Shown: positions 11,905 through 25,956, counted from the stretch's first letter. The stretch: DNA of 55,268 bases from Octopus bimaculoides (GCF_001194135.2 NC_068985.1:11144509-11199776), one strand, 5' to 3'. Translations and numbers: made by a program. Notes: generated by a model from the letters alone, not told the origin.

Positions 11905-13288
11905 NNNNNNNNNNNNNNNNNNNNNNNNNNNNNNNNNNNNNNNNNNNNNNNNNNNNNNNNNNNNNNNNNNNNNNNNNNNNNNNNNNNNNNNNNNNNNNNN
12001 NNNNNNNNNNNNNNNNNNNNNNNNNNNNNNNNNNNNNNNNNNNNNNNNNNNNNNNNNNNNNNNNNNNNNNNNNNNNNNNNNNNNNNNNNNNNNNNNNNNN
12101 NNNNNNNNNNNNNNNNNNNNNNNNNNNNNNNNNNNNNNNNNNNNNNNNNNNNNNNNNNNNNNNNNNNNNNNNNNNNNNNNNNNNNNNNNNNNNNNNNNNN
12201 NNNNNNNNNNNNNNNNNNNNNNNNNNNNNNNNNNNNNNNNNNNNNNNNNNNNNNNNNNNNNNNNNNNNNNNNNNNNNNNNNNNNNNNNNNNNNNNNNNNN
12301 NNNNNNNNNNNNNNNNNNNNNNNNNNNNNNNNNNNNNNNNNNNNNNNNNNNNNNNNNNNNNNNNNNNNNNNNNNNNNNNNNNNNGGAAAAAAATAAATAA
12401 ATAACATGGGAAATATATGGGCAGGACTATATACATTTTAAGTTCACATGATTCATAGCTTTTTCCGCATAGTTACAAAAATCAAACAAACAAAAAATAC
12501 AATTATCATATATTTAAAGAAAAATATTTACGGATCATTTTAAAATTAAAATACCTTAATCAATTCTAGTTCTTCTTATCATCTGTCAAATAGTAACGGT
12601 TTGTTTTTTGTTATATCGAAATATAAATATTCAACTTAATATGACAAAACATTTTATAGAGTTTTCTAATATAGATGAAAAGTAGATATGTCATGTGATC
12701 AATCATTTCATATTTATTTAGTCAGCTAAGGTGTTATTTTTGCTCAGCACTAATTCTGCTCTCATGCAGAGAACCTAAAATGATGTGTGGTCATGCAGTG
12801 TTTATTATATTTTCCCAAATATGTGAGATTACATTGTGATCATGGCGTCAATGACGATGATGATGATAGGAATAGCAACAATAATAATTATCATAATAAA
12901 CTGTTACAGTCATTGTCATAGTGGCATTTTCATTTAGGAATGCATATCTATTAAATAATCTGTAAATAAAGAGGGATCCAGCTGTTTGTAAAGACATCGT
13001 TCGCTGCAGTAACTTCGATTTAGTGCGCACCATACCAGAAGACAGATAAATATATGTGATACAGAACCAGATGCTGTGAGAGTGAAGTGTATGTGATATG
13101 GAATCACACGTTACAAGAGCAGGATTTCAATTGTCAATCCATCTGCCAGCAGGGAATCATTGTCGCAATTAAGCCAACAGAGACATTATGAACATGTAAT
13201 CAATATTTCTGAAGTGTAATTTTCTGAAGCTACACATACACACACAGATACAAGCATACATACATACATACATACTCACATGCATGCA

Positions 13289-13369
<81 letters not shown>

Positions 13370-15113
13370 CTTACATAAGGGGATTCTTGAAAGAGCCACA
13401 TAGAAAAAAACGACATCTGTCTACATATTAAATTCTTTGCAGTAATTACTTCATACTGTGTTCAAACTAAGAAAGGACAATATTACCTGTCTATTAAATA
13501 TACGTGTTGATTTTTTCTTTTATATTTCTTACCCGTCGACTTGAGCAAACCAAAGTTTCATGAATAGAACTAGTAGACCCGAACTGCAGATGCCCATCTA
13601 TTATTGTGTCTTATGAAACTAAATTGACCAACCTCTTTGTTCCTGCTTCGTTTGTAGAACAAGCATCGATCCTGGCCTTTGCAGATGCACCGAGACTGGT
13701 AAGATTAAAGAAGTTAGCGCAATATTTAATCTGTTTAAAGTCAACACACACATTAAGAGCTTGTGTTGGAAGAATATTACATAGGAATGATGCTCTTGGG
13801 AGGAAGGACAGGATGGGAGGTTAGACAGTGGATTTGGCTAGATAAAAGAATGAGAGAAACGAGTGGGCAGGTGCGGCTGAGTGGAGATGGCAAACCACCC
13901 GACATCTAAGAATGTATCTCTTAGTATATCGGCAGATATGATAGAAAGAGTAGACAGCTCATTGTAAGCTAGATTGTGTCTGTATGATATGTTTACTTAT
14001 CACGCTGGATGCGCTCCGAAATATTAGTTGTGATTCTCCTGCACCATCCTGGACATGATACAAACATTTCATTATAGATCGCATCTGAGCTTCTTAGAAT
14101 TTCATTCATGTTGTGGGCTGTTTCTGACCTTGAAGAAAAGTTCCAGTGTCAGAGATGCACTCCCAGTGATATTAATGTTGTAATGTTTTTGAGAACGTCC
14201 ATCTCTTTTACCGAGGACCACATTCTGGAGCGATCGTGCATGCGGTATATGAGTGCTATCCAAGTGCAAGAAGTATGTGACGCAATCAGTGTGCCTTGAT
14301 GACACGAATCCACAGAGGTACTTTTGAGGCTTCTGTTCATGAAATTAAGATAAGTTTTTTTTTTAATAGTATCTAAGATGAGTTAGAGATGCTCAAAGGA
14401 TTGGTAAATTTAGAGAGGAATGAAGCTCTATCTTTTGCGTTAGAATAGTTGCAGGTCATAGATCAGTAAAATGAAAACGTAAGGTAGAGTAGAGTACTGA
14501 GGCAGACAAGAATTTTCAGAGACTGGAACAATGGAGCATCTTTCGTTTAATTCCTCATCTTCTTAAACCATATCCATATATATTAGCATAAAGGACAGTG
14601 TTAGAAAAAAATCATGTAAACAGTAACTCAAACCGAATTTTAGTGAAAATATGATTAATAAAACACTCAAAACTTCAATTTCCGAATTCTTTTAAATAAT
14701 CTAGTTTTCTTTTTCTTCTGTTTTTGCAAATATGCTTGTAAAACATTATTGTTTGAAAAGCGCAGCTGAAATGTAAAATTTAAGAATCTTAGATTTAAAT
14801 GGCGATGAAAATTGTTTTGGTAGGAACACGCTTTTATTCTTTTAAAATTGTTTTATGTCTTTTCTATTGATGAAGCCTCTACTGGTTGTATGTTATCGTT
14901 ATAAGTGGATCAGTGATGTATTAAAATATACACTCTACATTGATTATAAATAATTATCAAGGACAATCTTTTGATGTAAAATACTATCCATTTAACCATT
15001 AAAAAACATTAACGATTAATATCGACTTGTTCTAATTTTAAGTTTTCCTATAAGCAAGAAGGCTATTATAACAGAGTTAACGGCTCATGTAATGAATGTC
15101 ATACGAAGTCGTA

Positions 15114-15195
<82 letters not shown>

Positions 15196-15600
15196 CAAGG
15201 AACAAAATGGAGAAGAGATTCAATTGACAAACATCAGTAAGATTTATTTATTATAATCATAGGAATAAATAAATAAATGTGAACTTTTTAGCATACTTAA
15301 CCCTCAATGTAGAAACAGCCGTAAGAGTGGAGTTATATTTATTTATGTATTTATTTATTGCTATGATTATGATAAATAAATCTTACTGATGTTTGTCAAT
15401 TGAATCTGTTCTGCATTATACATTCTGGATAAACTTTTGTTTACTTCCACTTCTACCTTGCACCTATTATTCAATTGTACTATTGCCTTGCAACAGTAAG
15501 CATTTGAATTTAAATAGGTATCCCTCCAGTAGTATATTGTATATTTAGTATCCCTTAGACGGTTATCTAACCTCTAACTCATATACTTTATATATATACA

Positions 15601-15812
15601 TATTCTCTTTTACTTGTTTCAGTCATTTGACTGCGGCCATGTTGGGGCACCACCTTTAGTCGAGCAAATCAGCACGATGTATTCTTTGAAAGCCTAGTAC
15701 TTATTCTATCGGTCTCTTTTTCTGAACTACTAAGTTACAGTGACGTAAACACACCAGCATAGGTTGTCAAGCGATGTTGGGGGACAAACACAGACACACA
15801 AGCACACACACA

Positions 15813-15849
<37 letters not shown>

Positions 15850-16033
15850 ACACACACACATATATATATATACATATATACACATATACGACGGGCTTCT
15901 TTCAGTTTCCATCTACTAAATCCACTCACAAGGCTTTGGTCGGCCCGAGGCTATAGTAGAAGATACTTGCCCAAGTTGCTACGCAGTGGACTGAACCATG
16001 TGGTTTGTAAGCAAGCTATTTACCACACAGTCA
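15601..16033 (-). mobile_element. SINE family A, near full length
   Basis: Collinear with 3775-4180. Confidence 0.9.
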
Positions 16034-17284
16034 CCCGTTACAGTAGTGACGAAAGCAAACAAGTAGTCAAGGCAGGACTTTGTCATTTAAATTCATTCAA
16101 TTCAATCTAAAAATAGTAAAATAATACTAAACTGGTAAAAGATAGTAGAGATAGTCTCTCACAGCTGTTTCTGGGATATCCTGGCTATTGGATCATCGCA
16201 TCGATTGAAGAATCTATAAACCGGGTATTTCGTCATCGGAAAAATTTATGAACAAATGTATGATAGACAATGGAAAGAAAGAACATCTTTAATTATATTT
16301 GTTGCTTTTCATTATGGTTCAGGAGGGTTGAATTAAATCCATTTGAAACGGTTCATCTTCAGATGCATCCTTAGGTAAATTTTTAGGTGAATCCGTTATA
16401 AAAAAAGGGGTTACGTAGTATATCAATGTCAGGAGAGGGAAAGAAGCTTCTAGCAGTCGGAAAGTCGTGTGAATAATGAGAGGTAGAATCAGTAAAATAT
16501 TCTAGTATGAGAGAAACAAAAAAGCCAGATAGATATAAGCGATATATGAGATATATAGTATTCAATATATCAAAGGATGTTCAAACGTGAGTGAGGGGCG
16601 GGGAGAGGAATTAATTAAAAATATGTACTGGTATGAGAAAGATAGGTAGCTCTATATAGTGAGGGGTATTAAGCCTTGGGAAAATTAGAGGGAGGGGATG
16701 GAGTAAGGCTAACAAATTAGCATTCTCATCCAAAGAAGTTGGGTGGGGGTAAATGTAAAGACTGACAGTTAAGGAAGAGGATGAAACAGGGCAGATGTCA
16801 GACTTTGGACCTAGGGTATCAAGGAGACGGTGAGGGTTGTGGAAAATAAAATGGACATAAGAAAAATAAGAGGCAGGCGTAGACATGTGTGTTCAAATCT
16901 TACTGCGATGGACATGTGTTGTTTACTAGCCACTAAGGAAAGCTAGAATACTAGAAATAGGTGTCAAACTGTATCGGGAGCATTTAAGTTTTAAGATTTA
17001 AGAATTAAGAGTTAAAATTTACAAAGGTGATAAAAACACATGAGTTATAAAATCAATGTAAATAGCTAGAAGAATAAAAAATAAAATAGAATAATTATAA
17101 AAAATAGATGGGAATAGATACAAAACATTAAAAAAATAGACGAAAAGTAAAGAAATAAGAATAAAAACGATAAAAATATATGTAAGGGTAGATAAATAGT
17201 TAAAATACTTAGGTAATTCACTTAATAAAACTAGTTTACATATCTATTTTGCATTCTCTTGCAGGGCAAGAAGGTTCGTAGCTT

Positions 17285-17430
17285 TTCATCCGTCTTCTCA
17301 TTCTGAGCTCACATTCCACCGAGGTTAACTTTAGCTTTCATCCTTTAAGGGCCGATGAAATAAGTACTACTAATCGTCTTATACCTTCCTCGAACTTGCT
17401 GGCCTTGTGCCAAAATTTAAACCAATATTA
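17285..17430 (+). mobile_element. SINE family B (MetaSINE-like), diverged fragment
   Basis: GAGGTTAACTTTAGCTTTCATCCTTTAAGGGCCGATGAAATAAGTAC plus the GGCCTTGTGCCAAAATTT tail, as in the copies at 25596 and 33846. Confidence 0.7.
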
Positions 17431-18343
17431 AGGAACACTAAATCTTAGTAGTAAACTGTCCAGGAAAAAAATTGAGATGTCTACTTTAGTTTCAACATAA
17501 ACAGAAGATCTGTAGTAGAAAACTTTTTCACAATTCAGCATTTAGTGAAATGTCTTCCAAAACGTATATCCCAGAAAATTTATTCGAAGAGAAAAGATGC
17601 ATGACTCGATATACTAAGCATGTTTCTCAAACTAATACCCATATTAAAAGTCGGATGTCTTTGGAAGTATTATAAAGTGTCGTACAGACAGTTTTCGATT
17701 TGGTACATCAATAACTGATTATAAGTATTTCTACACACACTTCACTGCATGTTACGATTTTGTTTTAGTGTTCATTTTATTGTCTCCTGTCGTTATGTAT
17801 TTTCATAAATATAGACTAAGTTTTAAATATGGCTCTATATGCAATTAGGTTCAGAAATAAAAAAAAAGTTATATACGACATGATGCGACTTTAATATTCG
17901 ACAAATCGATACCTTTATATATAATTGAACTCGTAGACAGCTGAAAATAGTTATGCAGACCAAAATTGCATATGTATCTAGACATGTCTTCTCCAACGCT
18001 TTTATGTATCTATTTGAACCAGGAGCTGTTTATTTCATTCATATATTCTTTGACAAAAGTTCACGATCCAATTATCCATAAAATATCCGCTTGTCACTTG
18101 CGACTTGGACAGGCTGCTTTCTAATCTGATCGTTGGATTCAGCGCCCCAATGGAAGTCAAAAACAAAGCTTAAATGTGATCAACAGTCTAGTGTTACGTC
18201 TTTTTTTTTAATTCCGATACTGTTGCTGCTGCCACCACTACTACTACAGGTTTATGCATCACTGCTTGACTATAACAGAGAATCACTCTCATTGTTGTCT
18301 CTGTCTCTCTTTCCCTCCTGTCCCTCCTCTCCCTTCTTTCTCA

Positions 18344-18383
<40 letters not shown>

Positions 18384-18825
18384 GTCTCTCTCTCTCTCTC
18401 TCTTTCACTAACTCTGTAAAATGCAGCAGCATAGTAGAAACGGCGAGTGTTTCCTAAGTCTCCTTTCGTACTTTGGCCCACTTAAACAAAAAGAGAATGC
18501 TTCGGTGAATATCCTTCTAATGTATTAGAATAATATTAACCAAAATTTGCCTGTGTCGAATGACATTCTACATTAAGCGAACGAAAAACACTTAAAAAAA
18601 AATAACACCTTCGAACATATTTAATGGCAATCTTTATCTTTCTCAATATTAGGAAAATACACTACTAAAGAAGTTTAAAAAAAATATATTTTACTCCTGC
18701 AAAATATTACACAGAAAATATACGTCTAGATTTTTCATTAGCTCAACACATGCTCCTTATTTACGATTTCGATTTTGGAACCGTAAAACGTATAATGAAG
18801 ATTATTATTAGTGAAATTATCACGT

Positions 18826-19202
18826 GACATTCCGTCGCTTGCGACGACAAGGGTTCCAGTTGATCCAATCAATAGAACAGCCTGCTAGTGAAATTAACGT
18901 GCAAGTGGCTGAGCACTCCACAGACACGTGTACCCTTAACGTAATTCTCAGGGAGATCCAGCGTGACACAGTGTGACAAGGCTGGCCCTTTGAAATACAG
19001 GTACAACAGAAACAGGAAGAAAGAGTGAGAGAGAGTTGTGGTGAAAGAGTACAACAGGGTTCGCTATCACCCCCTGCAGGACCCTTCTGGAGCTTTAGGT
19101 TCTTTCGCTCAATAAACACTCACAACGCCCGGTCTTAGAATCGAAACCGCGATCTTACGACCGAAGTACTGCTGCCCTAACCACTGGGCCATTGCGCCTC
19201 CG
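18826..19202 (-). mobile_element. SINE family C, full length (tRNA-like head GGAGGCGCAATGGCCCAGTGGTTAGGGCAGC; tail ...TGGAACCCTTGTCGTCG)
   Basis: A-box TGGCCCAGTGG and B-box-like GTTTCGATTC. Body and tail are shared with 43152-43442, 44795-44948 and 39653-39950. Confidence 0.88.
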
Positions 19203-19607
19203 TGCTCGAATATGATAAGAAATATGGTATATTTCGAAGTGACAGAATAAAGATTGCAAATACATAAGGGGACGCTACAACAATATTCACAGCAAACTAT
19301 GTCGTATCTGTGTGTGTGTGTGTGTGTAATCCCATGTATGTGTGTGTGTATTCTCTAATTCTGTCATTTAAGAACGACGTAATGTTCAGTGACACACATT
19401 TAGCTCAATCTAGCAATGAACTATAATTAGTGTCTAGCGAAAAGTCTTATTAACTATGTAAGAACATCAGTCACCGATTTCGTTCTAACACGACTATGCG
19501 TGGATTAATATGATTATAAATCATTTAGTACATCTATCAAATTATGTGTCTGCTAGACAGCCTCTTTATCACACTCTCTCCTTCTCTATCTTTCTTTCTC
19601 TCCCTCA

Positions 19608-19645
<38 letters not shown>

Positions 19646-19734
19646 CCCAGTGTGATTAGTGACAGATAGATAGACACCAGAGTCAGTGATGGAGACACAC
19701 AAGCATGAGCGGGATTAGCTGTGTTATACATATA

Positions 19735-19902
19735 TTATTTTATTCTTTTATTTGTTTCAGTCATTTGACTACGGCCATGCTGGAGCACCGCCTTTAGTCG
19801 AACAGATCGAACCCAGGATTTATTCTTTGTAAGCCTACTACTTAATCTATCACTCTCTTTACCAGCATCGGATGGTGGGGAAGACAAACATAGACACACG
19901 GA

Positions 19903-19946
<44 letters not shown>

Positions 19947-20090
19947 TCACAGGCATATGTATATGCGACGGGCTTCTTTCAGTTTCCTCCTACCAAATCC
20001 ACAAACAAGGCTTCGGTCAGCCCGAGGCTATAATAGAAGGCACTTGCCCAAAGAGCCACGTAGTGGGACTGAACCCGGAACCATGTGGTT
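19735..20090 (-). mobile_element. SINE family A, 5'-truncated
   Basis: Collinear with the other A copies, with an internal (CA)n. Confidence 0.88.
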
Positions 20091-20628
20091 ACATTTCACA
20101 TTCACTAGATAGATCTTTATCTAAGACTATAGGGTTTTATTTAATTAATATGTCGCTATATAATTTTAATTTTTTTTTCTTTCCATTACCCCTCCTCTTT
20201 CAATAGACTACCTTTGACGTTATATCCTCTAACGTTTTTTAAAACAAAATTATTAGCATTCAGTTAATCACTATACATATCCATCATTTTCTGTTAAAAT
20301 GTCTAATTGACGAGTTTCATTTCTTCATTTCCCTGAAGAGAAGATTACATTGTTTTACACCATTTTATTCCTTTGGAATAATACCAGTGATATCTTCGAA
20401 ACATGTGTCGGAAGTAAAATAATTTGAATAACACCTGCGTTTAACTCCATTTATTTATTTATATATATTATACAAAATATTTCACGTAAACCCGGAGTTT
20501 CTACGTTTTTAAAAAAGGAGTTACAACCTTTTTACTTGTGTGCTTTTTTGCTACCTTGGTAACTCTCTATTTTCCCGTGTTAATTGTTAACAAAGGAAAA
20601 ATACACACATCTCTCTCTATATATATAG

Positions 20629-20958
20629 TCTTTTATTCTTTTATTTGTTTCAGTCCTTTGATAGTGGTCATGCTGGAGCACTGCCTTTTAGTCGAACAAA
20701 TTGCCCCTAGGACTTATTCTTTGTAAGCCTAGTACTTATACTATTGGTCTATTTTGCCGAACCATTATGTTACAGGAACGGAAACACACCGACATATATA
20801 TATATACGATGGGCTTCTTTCAGTTTCCTTCTATCACATCCACTCAAAAGTCATTGGTCGGCTCGTGGCTGTAGTAGAAGACGCTTACCTAAGGTGCCAC
20901 GCAGTGGAACCATGTGGTTGGTATGCAAGCTACTTACCACACAGACACTCCTGCGCAT
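20629..20958 (-). mobile_element. SINE family A with internal deletion
   Basis: Head and tail are present. The segment around the internal microsatellite is shortened. Confidence 0.85.
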
Positions 20959-23172
20959 ATTTTTCTCTACATGTATGGGTTGTGTGTGCATGTGTGTGCG
21001 CGCGCGCTTGTGTGTTTATGTTGTATCCGTACGACTACTTGCCTTTTATGGTTTCAATCATAAGCCTGATATCTTCGATACCGAGTATCAAATAACAAAA
21101 AGCACGATATCGCAGCTTGAATTCACGGAAGTTGTATTGCAGTCTGCAGCAATATCGAATCTTGAAGATTCGAAATTTCAAAACATTTTAAAGAAAACAA
21201 AAAAGGAAACCATTTTAAAATCGTATGTACTTAGTTTTAATTGATAAACATATGGAAATATATATCTACTTGACAAAAATATAATTTTTTCACACTAATC
21301 TATTATTTTTCTCTCGAATTTATTGAAAAAGAAAAAAGAAAACATAGATTTTATTAAATGACAAACAATATTTTGTAGGAACAACACACAAACTCTAAAA
21401 TAGAGATTATAAATGAAAATACGGTCATTAAAATAAAACATATATATATGCTTTGTTTTTTATGAAAATAGGCTATTTGAAGATTCGCGCAACAATAAAG
21501 ATAACAATGCATAAAATTACCCATTCTCGTTCGCTAAAATTTGTATCGTGTTTGAGGGATGAGAAACAGAGTAAGACTCTACCGCCCACCTCAGTATTTC
21601 ACGACTGGCGATGTATAATGCAGTAAAAATAGTTAACAAAAGAGCAAATACGAGAAGCGACACCTGGTTGCATAAAGTAGATTTCTACGGGTTGAATGCC
21701 CTTTGAACTTCACACATGGACTCGTAGAAAATATCTGCATTTAGCTGGAAGCAGAACGGGGGATTTTACTAATCCTGTGAAACGAGGTGTGGAGATGTAG
21801 CTGGTAGAGTTGATAATTCCGGCCATTTAGTCAGTCAAGATATTTGTGTTTGTTGTCGATACTTTTGTAGGAGAGAGACATAGATGTGACATCCAAAATA
21901 CATCTATCCATCAGAGTATTGACGTAACGGGATATATCATAGAAATGGTGAGTGATGAATTTACCAGTGGTGGGGACATGTTCACTTTAGATCGATATAA
22001 ATATGTTGATGGAAGTGTCCGCTATTAATTGGCGGTTGTCCTTACAAAAGTTCATTCGTTTTACATCATAAAATGCTGGAAGCTGCCAAGGACAGCAAAA
22101 TTATGATCATTAGTCAGAGTAAATTGACATTTATCAGAACAGTTCCGTATCTTATGTTCGTTTCACTAAGCGTGCCTCTCCTCTCACCTTCTGTAGCATT
22201 CGAGTTACAAGAGCAGAATTTAAAGGTTTCTATGAACCGCGACTTATGACGTAGGAGTGCAGACCAGCCTTTACGAACAATGTCTCCGTAATATTACTAG
22301 ACATCAGATATACTGAAGTGATCAATTATGCTCTGGGAGATATGGCAGAGGTGAAAGGCGTAAAGAAGTACAGGAAAAGTCGTTGGATTTATATCTCAGC
22401 ATGGGAAAAGATATGTTCGTACAGCACAGTAGCGTTGAAGATCAATACTTGGGAGAATTAGTTAAATTGCTTGCCATCGGTTTTGGTTCATTGGATGAGA
22501 AAGAGAGCAGGCTACCGAGCGGGTGTGAGACAATATCACCCGGAAATAGACAGACAGCAAACTATCCCTGAAGCCTAAAGCGGTGGCTATAAACGCCTAC
22601 ACTGTATCCGTGATTAACGACTTAGCTTGCTTCATGACTGATGAGAATAGAACACTTGCTTATCAATTTCGTTAAGAGAACGGGTTCTGTTGTTTAAACG
22701 GGTCTGTACTGAACATGTATCTGCAGATTGAGAGATGCTACTTAAATAAGGAGTCAGGATGACCCCCTCCCCCAAGCTATGTAATTCGTATTGCTGGATA
22801 TGTGTTAGAATATAATTGTTACAATAGTCGGTCTGTCTACATTATTTCAATGTAAACAATTTTGTTTTCTGTGACCTTGTACTTTTAAGATTTTATGAGC
22901 TGAATTTGATGTTTTAAAAATCCATCATTATAAGTATTGTTGATGCTGTTGTTACTGTTGTGTTTACTTCTAACATTTTTTCCCATTTCCTATAATTTTG
23001 GGTGGTACTTGAACCTTTACAATAGCAATTTTAATAATGTTTCATTGCAGGAAGATTTATTGAACGCATTGGAGTTTTTTTTACCTTAACAGCACATTTT
23101 ATAGGCGTTTAGAAAAGACAATGAAATATATTAGACCACGTTCTCATGGACGCGCGCGCGCACACACGCACA

Positions 23173-23227
<55 letters not shown>

Positions 23228-23337
23228 AGAACTATCTTTACCTGCTCAGATCAAAATTCTCCGCGGCTCGGCATTGTCTTCCACCCTTTCAGAGTCGATA
23301 ACATAAGTACCCGTTGAACAGCAAATTATCATTATCA

Positions 23338-23395
<58 letters not shown>

Positions 23396-23469
23396 TATTA
23401 TTATTATTATTATTATTAGTAGTAGTACTATTATTATTATCTTGAACGAAACACAACCATGCTTCCACA

Positions 23470-23730
23470 GGTGAATTATTTAAACACGCAAAATTCTTCT
23501 CAGAACGTGGCTATGATGCACCCCCACTACTTCTGCTCGTGATCAGAGATGCACATATCCCCAACCACCGAGGGATGTGCTCAACTGGTTACGGTCAAGC
23601 AACTGGCAGGCGAATCTGTGGTATTGAGCAGAATATTTGTTGCAGCCCATCTTTTACACCAAGACAAAACATGTACATGATAATATTTCCAATCAGTTAA
23701 GATCAGAAGCCACGTGAGCCAGTACTTGAT
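23470..23730 (-). repeat. Probable interspersed repeat of unresolved class
   Basis: Resembles a repeat I recall from Octopus DNA (CTGCTCGTGATCAGAGATGCACATAT...GTATTGAGCAGAATATTTG). It is single copy in this window, so it is not internally verifiable. Confidence 0.4.
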
Positions 23731-23796
23731 ATTGCCGGGTAATAATTATTACTTTGTTGTGCCTGGGGAGAGTAATTCTCTTTTAGTGCATTATTA

Positions 23797-24418
23797 GGAT
23801 CTTTTTTAAAACGGGGGCCACATTTTTCATTAACGAAACACTTTGAAACTTGGAACACTGGTAGAATGTGTCATATTAAACATCTTTTTCTCTTAGTCTT
23901 CTTAAAAAAAATAGAAATCCATATGTTTTTCCATGTTAAAGTTGTCGTATTTCTGTAATTTCAACCAATCACTGACGTCCATTCAGCCGATATACATTAA
24001 GTGCCGACTACATAAACAAACGATTCTGAAACAATTAACCCTAACCCTAACCCTAACCCTAACCTTAGGGTTAGGGTTAGGGGTAGGGTTAGGGTTAGGG
24101 GTAGGGTTAGGGTTAGGGTTAGGGTTAAAGCAAATTTAAAATGAAAAAAGCAAATAAAACGAAGGTATGGAGATTAAATACGCTTTACACCGCTTAATCA
24201 GCCAAAGGAGTAAATGTAAACAACTGAATACTTGTCAGTAATTGGTTGAAATTATCGAAATAAGACAATTTTTTACATGAAATAAATCCGAATACAAAAA
24301 TATTTTTCTGTTCTATAACACAAAATAGATAAGTATACGAAGTTTGAAAGTCTTTCGGTACCAAAAACACTACGTAAAACATTAATGAAAAATGTGGCCC
24401 CCGTTTTAAAATAGATCC
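23797..24418. mobile_element. Palindromic non-autonomous element with about 40-bp terminal inverted repeats and a telomeric-repeat core
   Basis: GGATCTTTTTTAAAACGGGGGCCACATTTTTCATTAA (23797-) matches the reverse complement of 24380-24418. A second inverted block (about 23930-23988 vs about 24223-24285) contains ATTTCAACCAAT(C/T)ACTGAC. Confidence 0.8.
24036..24127. repeat. Interstitial telomere-like repeat (TAACCC)n followed by (TTAGGG)n
   Basis: Directly visible. The orientation switch is at 24064/24065. Confidence 0.95.
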
Positions 24419-24835
24419 CATTATTATTTAACAATCTCTCCGGTAAATTTCCATTCATTTTCTTATTTATTGTTTCTAAAATGTTCATTCCATCTTGCGA
24501 CCTTTTCAATATTCGTTGACTCTGTCCGTTATCTGAGCTGCGTTTCTTTTGCTTGCTTGTGCGCATGTGTGTGGGTCAGTGTGTGTGCAGATACACATGT
24601 ATGTATGTATATATGTATTATGTAAGTATGCATGCATGCATGTGTGTATGCTTGTTTGCATGTGTGTGTGCGTGTGTATATATATGTATGCCTGTGTGCA
24701 CGTTTGTATATATGTATTCTGCATATTCATGTGTTTTTATGTGTGTGTATTTTCGCAAATGTCTGTGTGTGTGTACTTCTGTCTCCTTGTATGTGCATAT
24801 CTGAGGGTGTCTGTGTGTTATTATATTTGAAATTC

Positions 24836-24945
24836 CGTTGAGATCGATAAATTAAGTACCAGTGAAACACTGAGGTCGATCTGATTGAATGACCCCCTTC
24901 CCTCAAATGTCAGGCTTTGTGCCTTTAGTGTAAAGGAATAATATT
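24836..24945 (+). mobile_element. SINE family B, 3' fragment
   Basis: GATCGATAAATTAAGTACCAGTGAAACACTGAGGTCGAT...GGCTTTGTGCC followed by (ATT)n. Confidence 0.7.
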
Positions 24946-25034
24946 GTTATTATTATCATTATTATTATTTCTACTAGTAGTAGTAGTAGCAGCAGCAGCA
25001 GCAGCAGCAGCAACATCAGTAGTTGTAGTTATAG

Positions 25035-25258
25035 TAAGGAGACGAACTGGCAGATACTAACCTATTTTGGTACAATGGGAAAAATTCTTATTGACATTTC
25101 GTTCGTTATTGAGTTCTGAGATCGAATTTCGCCCATGTCGAATACATATGCTTTTAATCCTTTTGGTGTCAATAAAATAGGTATCAGCCCCGGGATTGAT
25201 CTTATCGAATTATCCACCTTCTTTGAACCTGCTGGCCTTGTGGCAAAAGAGTTGAATT
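25035..25258 (+). mobile_element. SINE family B, old diverged copy
   Basis: Head AAGGAGACGAACTGGCAGA, central TTTTAATCCTTTTGGTGTCAATAAAATAGGTATCAG, tail CTGGCCTTGTGGCAAAA. Confidence 0.65.
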
Positions 25259-25259
25259 C

Positions 25260-25311
25260 ATCATCATGATCATTAGCATCATCATCATCGTTAGTCGATA
25301 TTTTCAATATG

Positions 25312-25342
<31 letters not shown>

Positions 25343-25402
25343 TGACGATGATAATGAAGACGGTTATTATTATTTTCATTATTATTATTATCATTAATAT
25401 TG

Positions 25403-25443
<41 letters not shown>

Positions 25444-25459
25444 ATTAATATTGTTATTG

Positions 25460-25497
<38 letters not shown>

Positions 25498-25531
25498 AAT
25501 AATAATATTGTTATTGTTGTTATTATTACTG

Positions 25532-25597
<66 letters not shown>
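25260..25597. repeat. Compound (ATC)n(ACT)n(ATT)n trinucleotide array
   Basis: Directly visible. It is the source of the poly-N/poly-I/poly-L ORFs. Confidence 0.95.
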
Positions 25598-25598
<1 letters not shown>

Positions 25599-25815
25599 GG
25601 CAGCGAGCTGGCAGAATCCTTAGCACGCCGGGCGAAATGCGTAGCGCGGTATTCCGTCAGCCGCTACGTTCTAAGTTCAAATTCCGCCGAGGTCGCATTT
25701 GCCTGTAATCGTTTCGGGGTCGATGAAATAAGTACCACTTACGCACTGGGGTCGATATAATCGACTAGCGCCCTTCCCGCAAAATTTTCAAGGCCTTGTG
25801 CCTAGAGCAGAAATA
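25596..25815 (+). mobile_element. SINE family B (MetaSINE-like), full length, tail type 2
   Basis: Head AAGGCAGCGAGCTGGCAGAA, B-box AGTTCAAATTCC, core GAGGTCG..TTTGCCT..ATCGTTTCGGGGTCGATGAAATAAGTACCA resembling the Meta domain known from Sauria-type SINEs. Confidence 0.88.
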
Positions 25816-25848
25816 GCAATAACAATAGCAATGATAATAAAAAAAGAA

Positions 25849-25881
<33 letters not shown>

Positions 25882-25894
25882 TATTATTATTATC

Positions 25895-25956
<62 letters not shown>

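Noticed and set aside
16380-16920. Purine-rich stretch suggestive of a Penelope remnant
   Set aside because: No GIY-YIG, RT or hammerhead motif was recognisable.
21560-22760. GC-richer stretch suggestive of an old retroelement
   Set aside because: I could not find RT, endonuclease or integrase motifs in the frames I translated, so it is left unassigned.
24036-24127. Ancient telomere-telomere fusion site
   Set aside because: A fusion gives TTAGGG then CCCTAA. Here the order is reversed, and the tract is the centre of a palindromic element.
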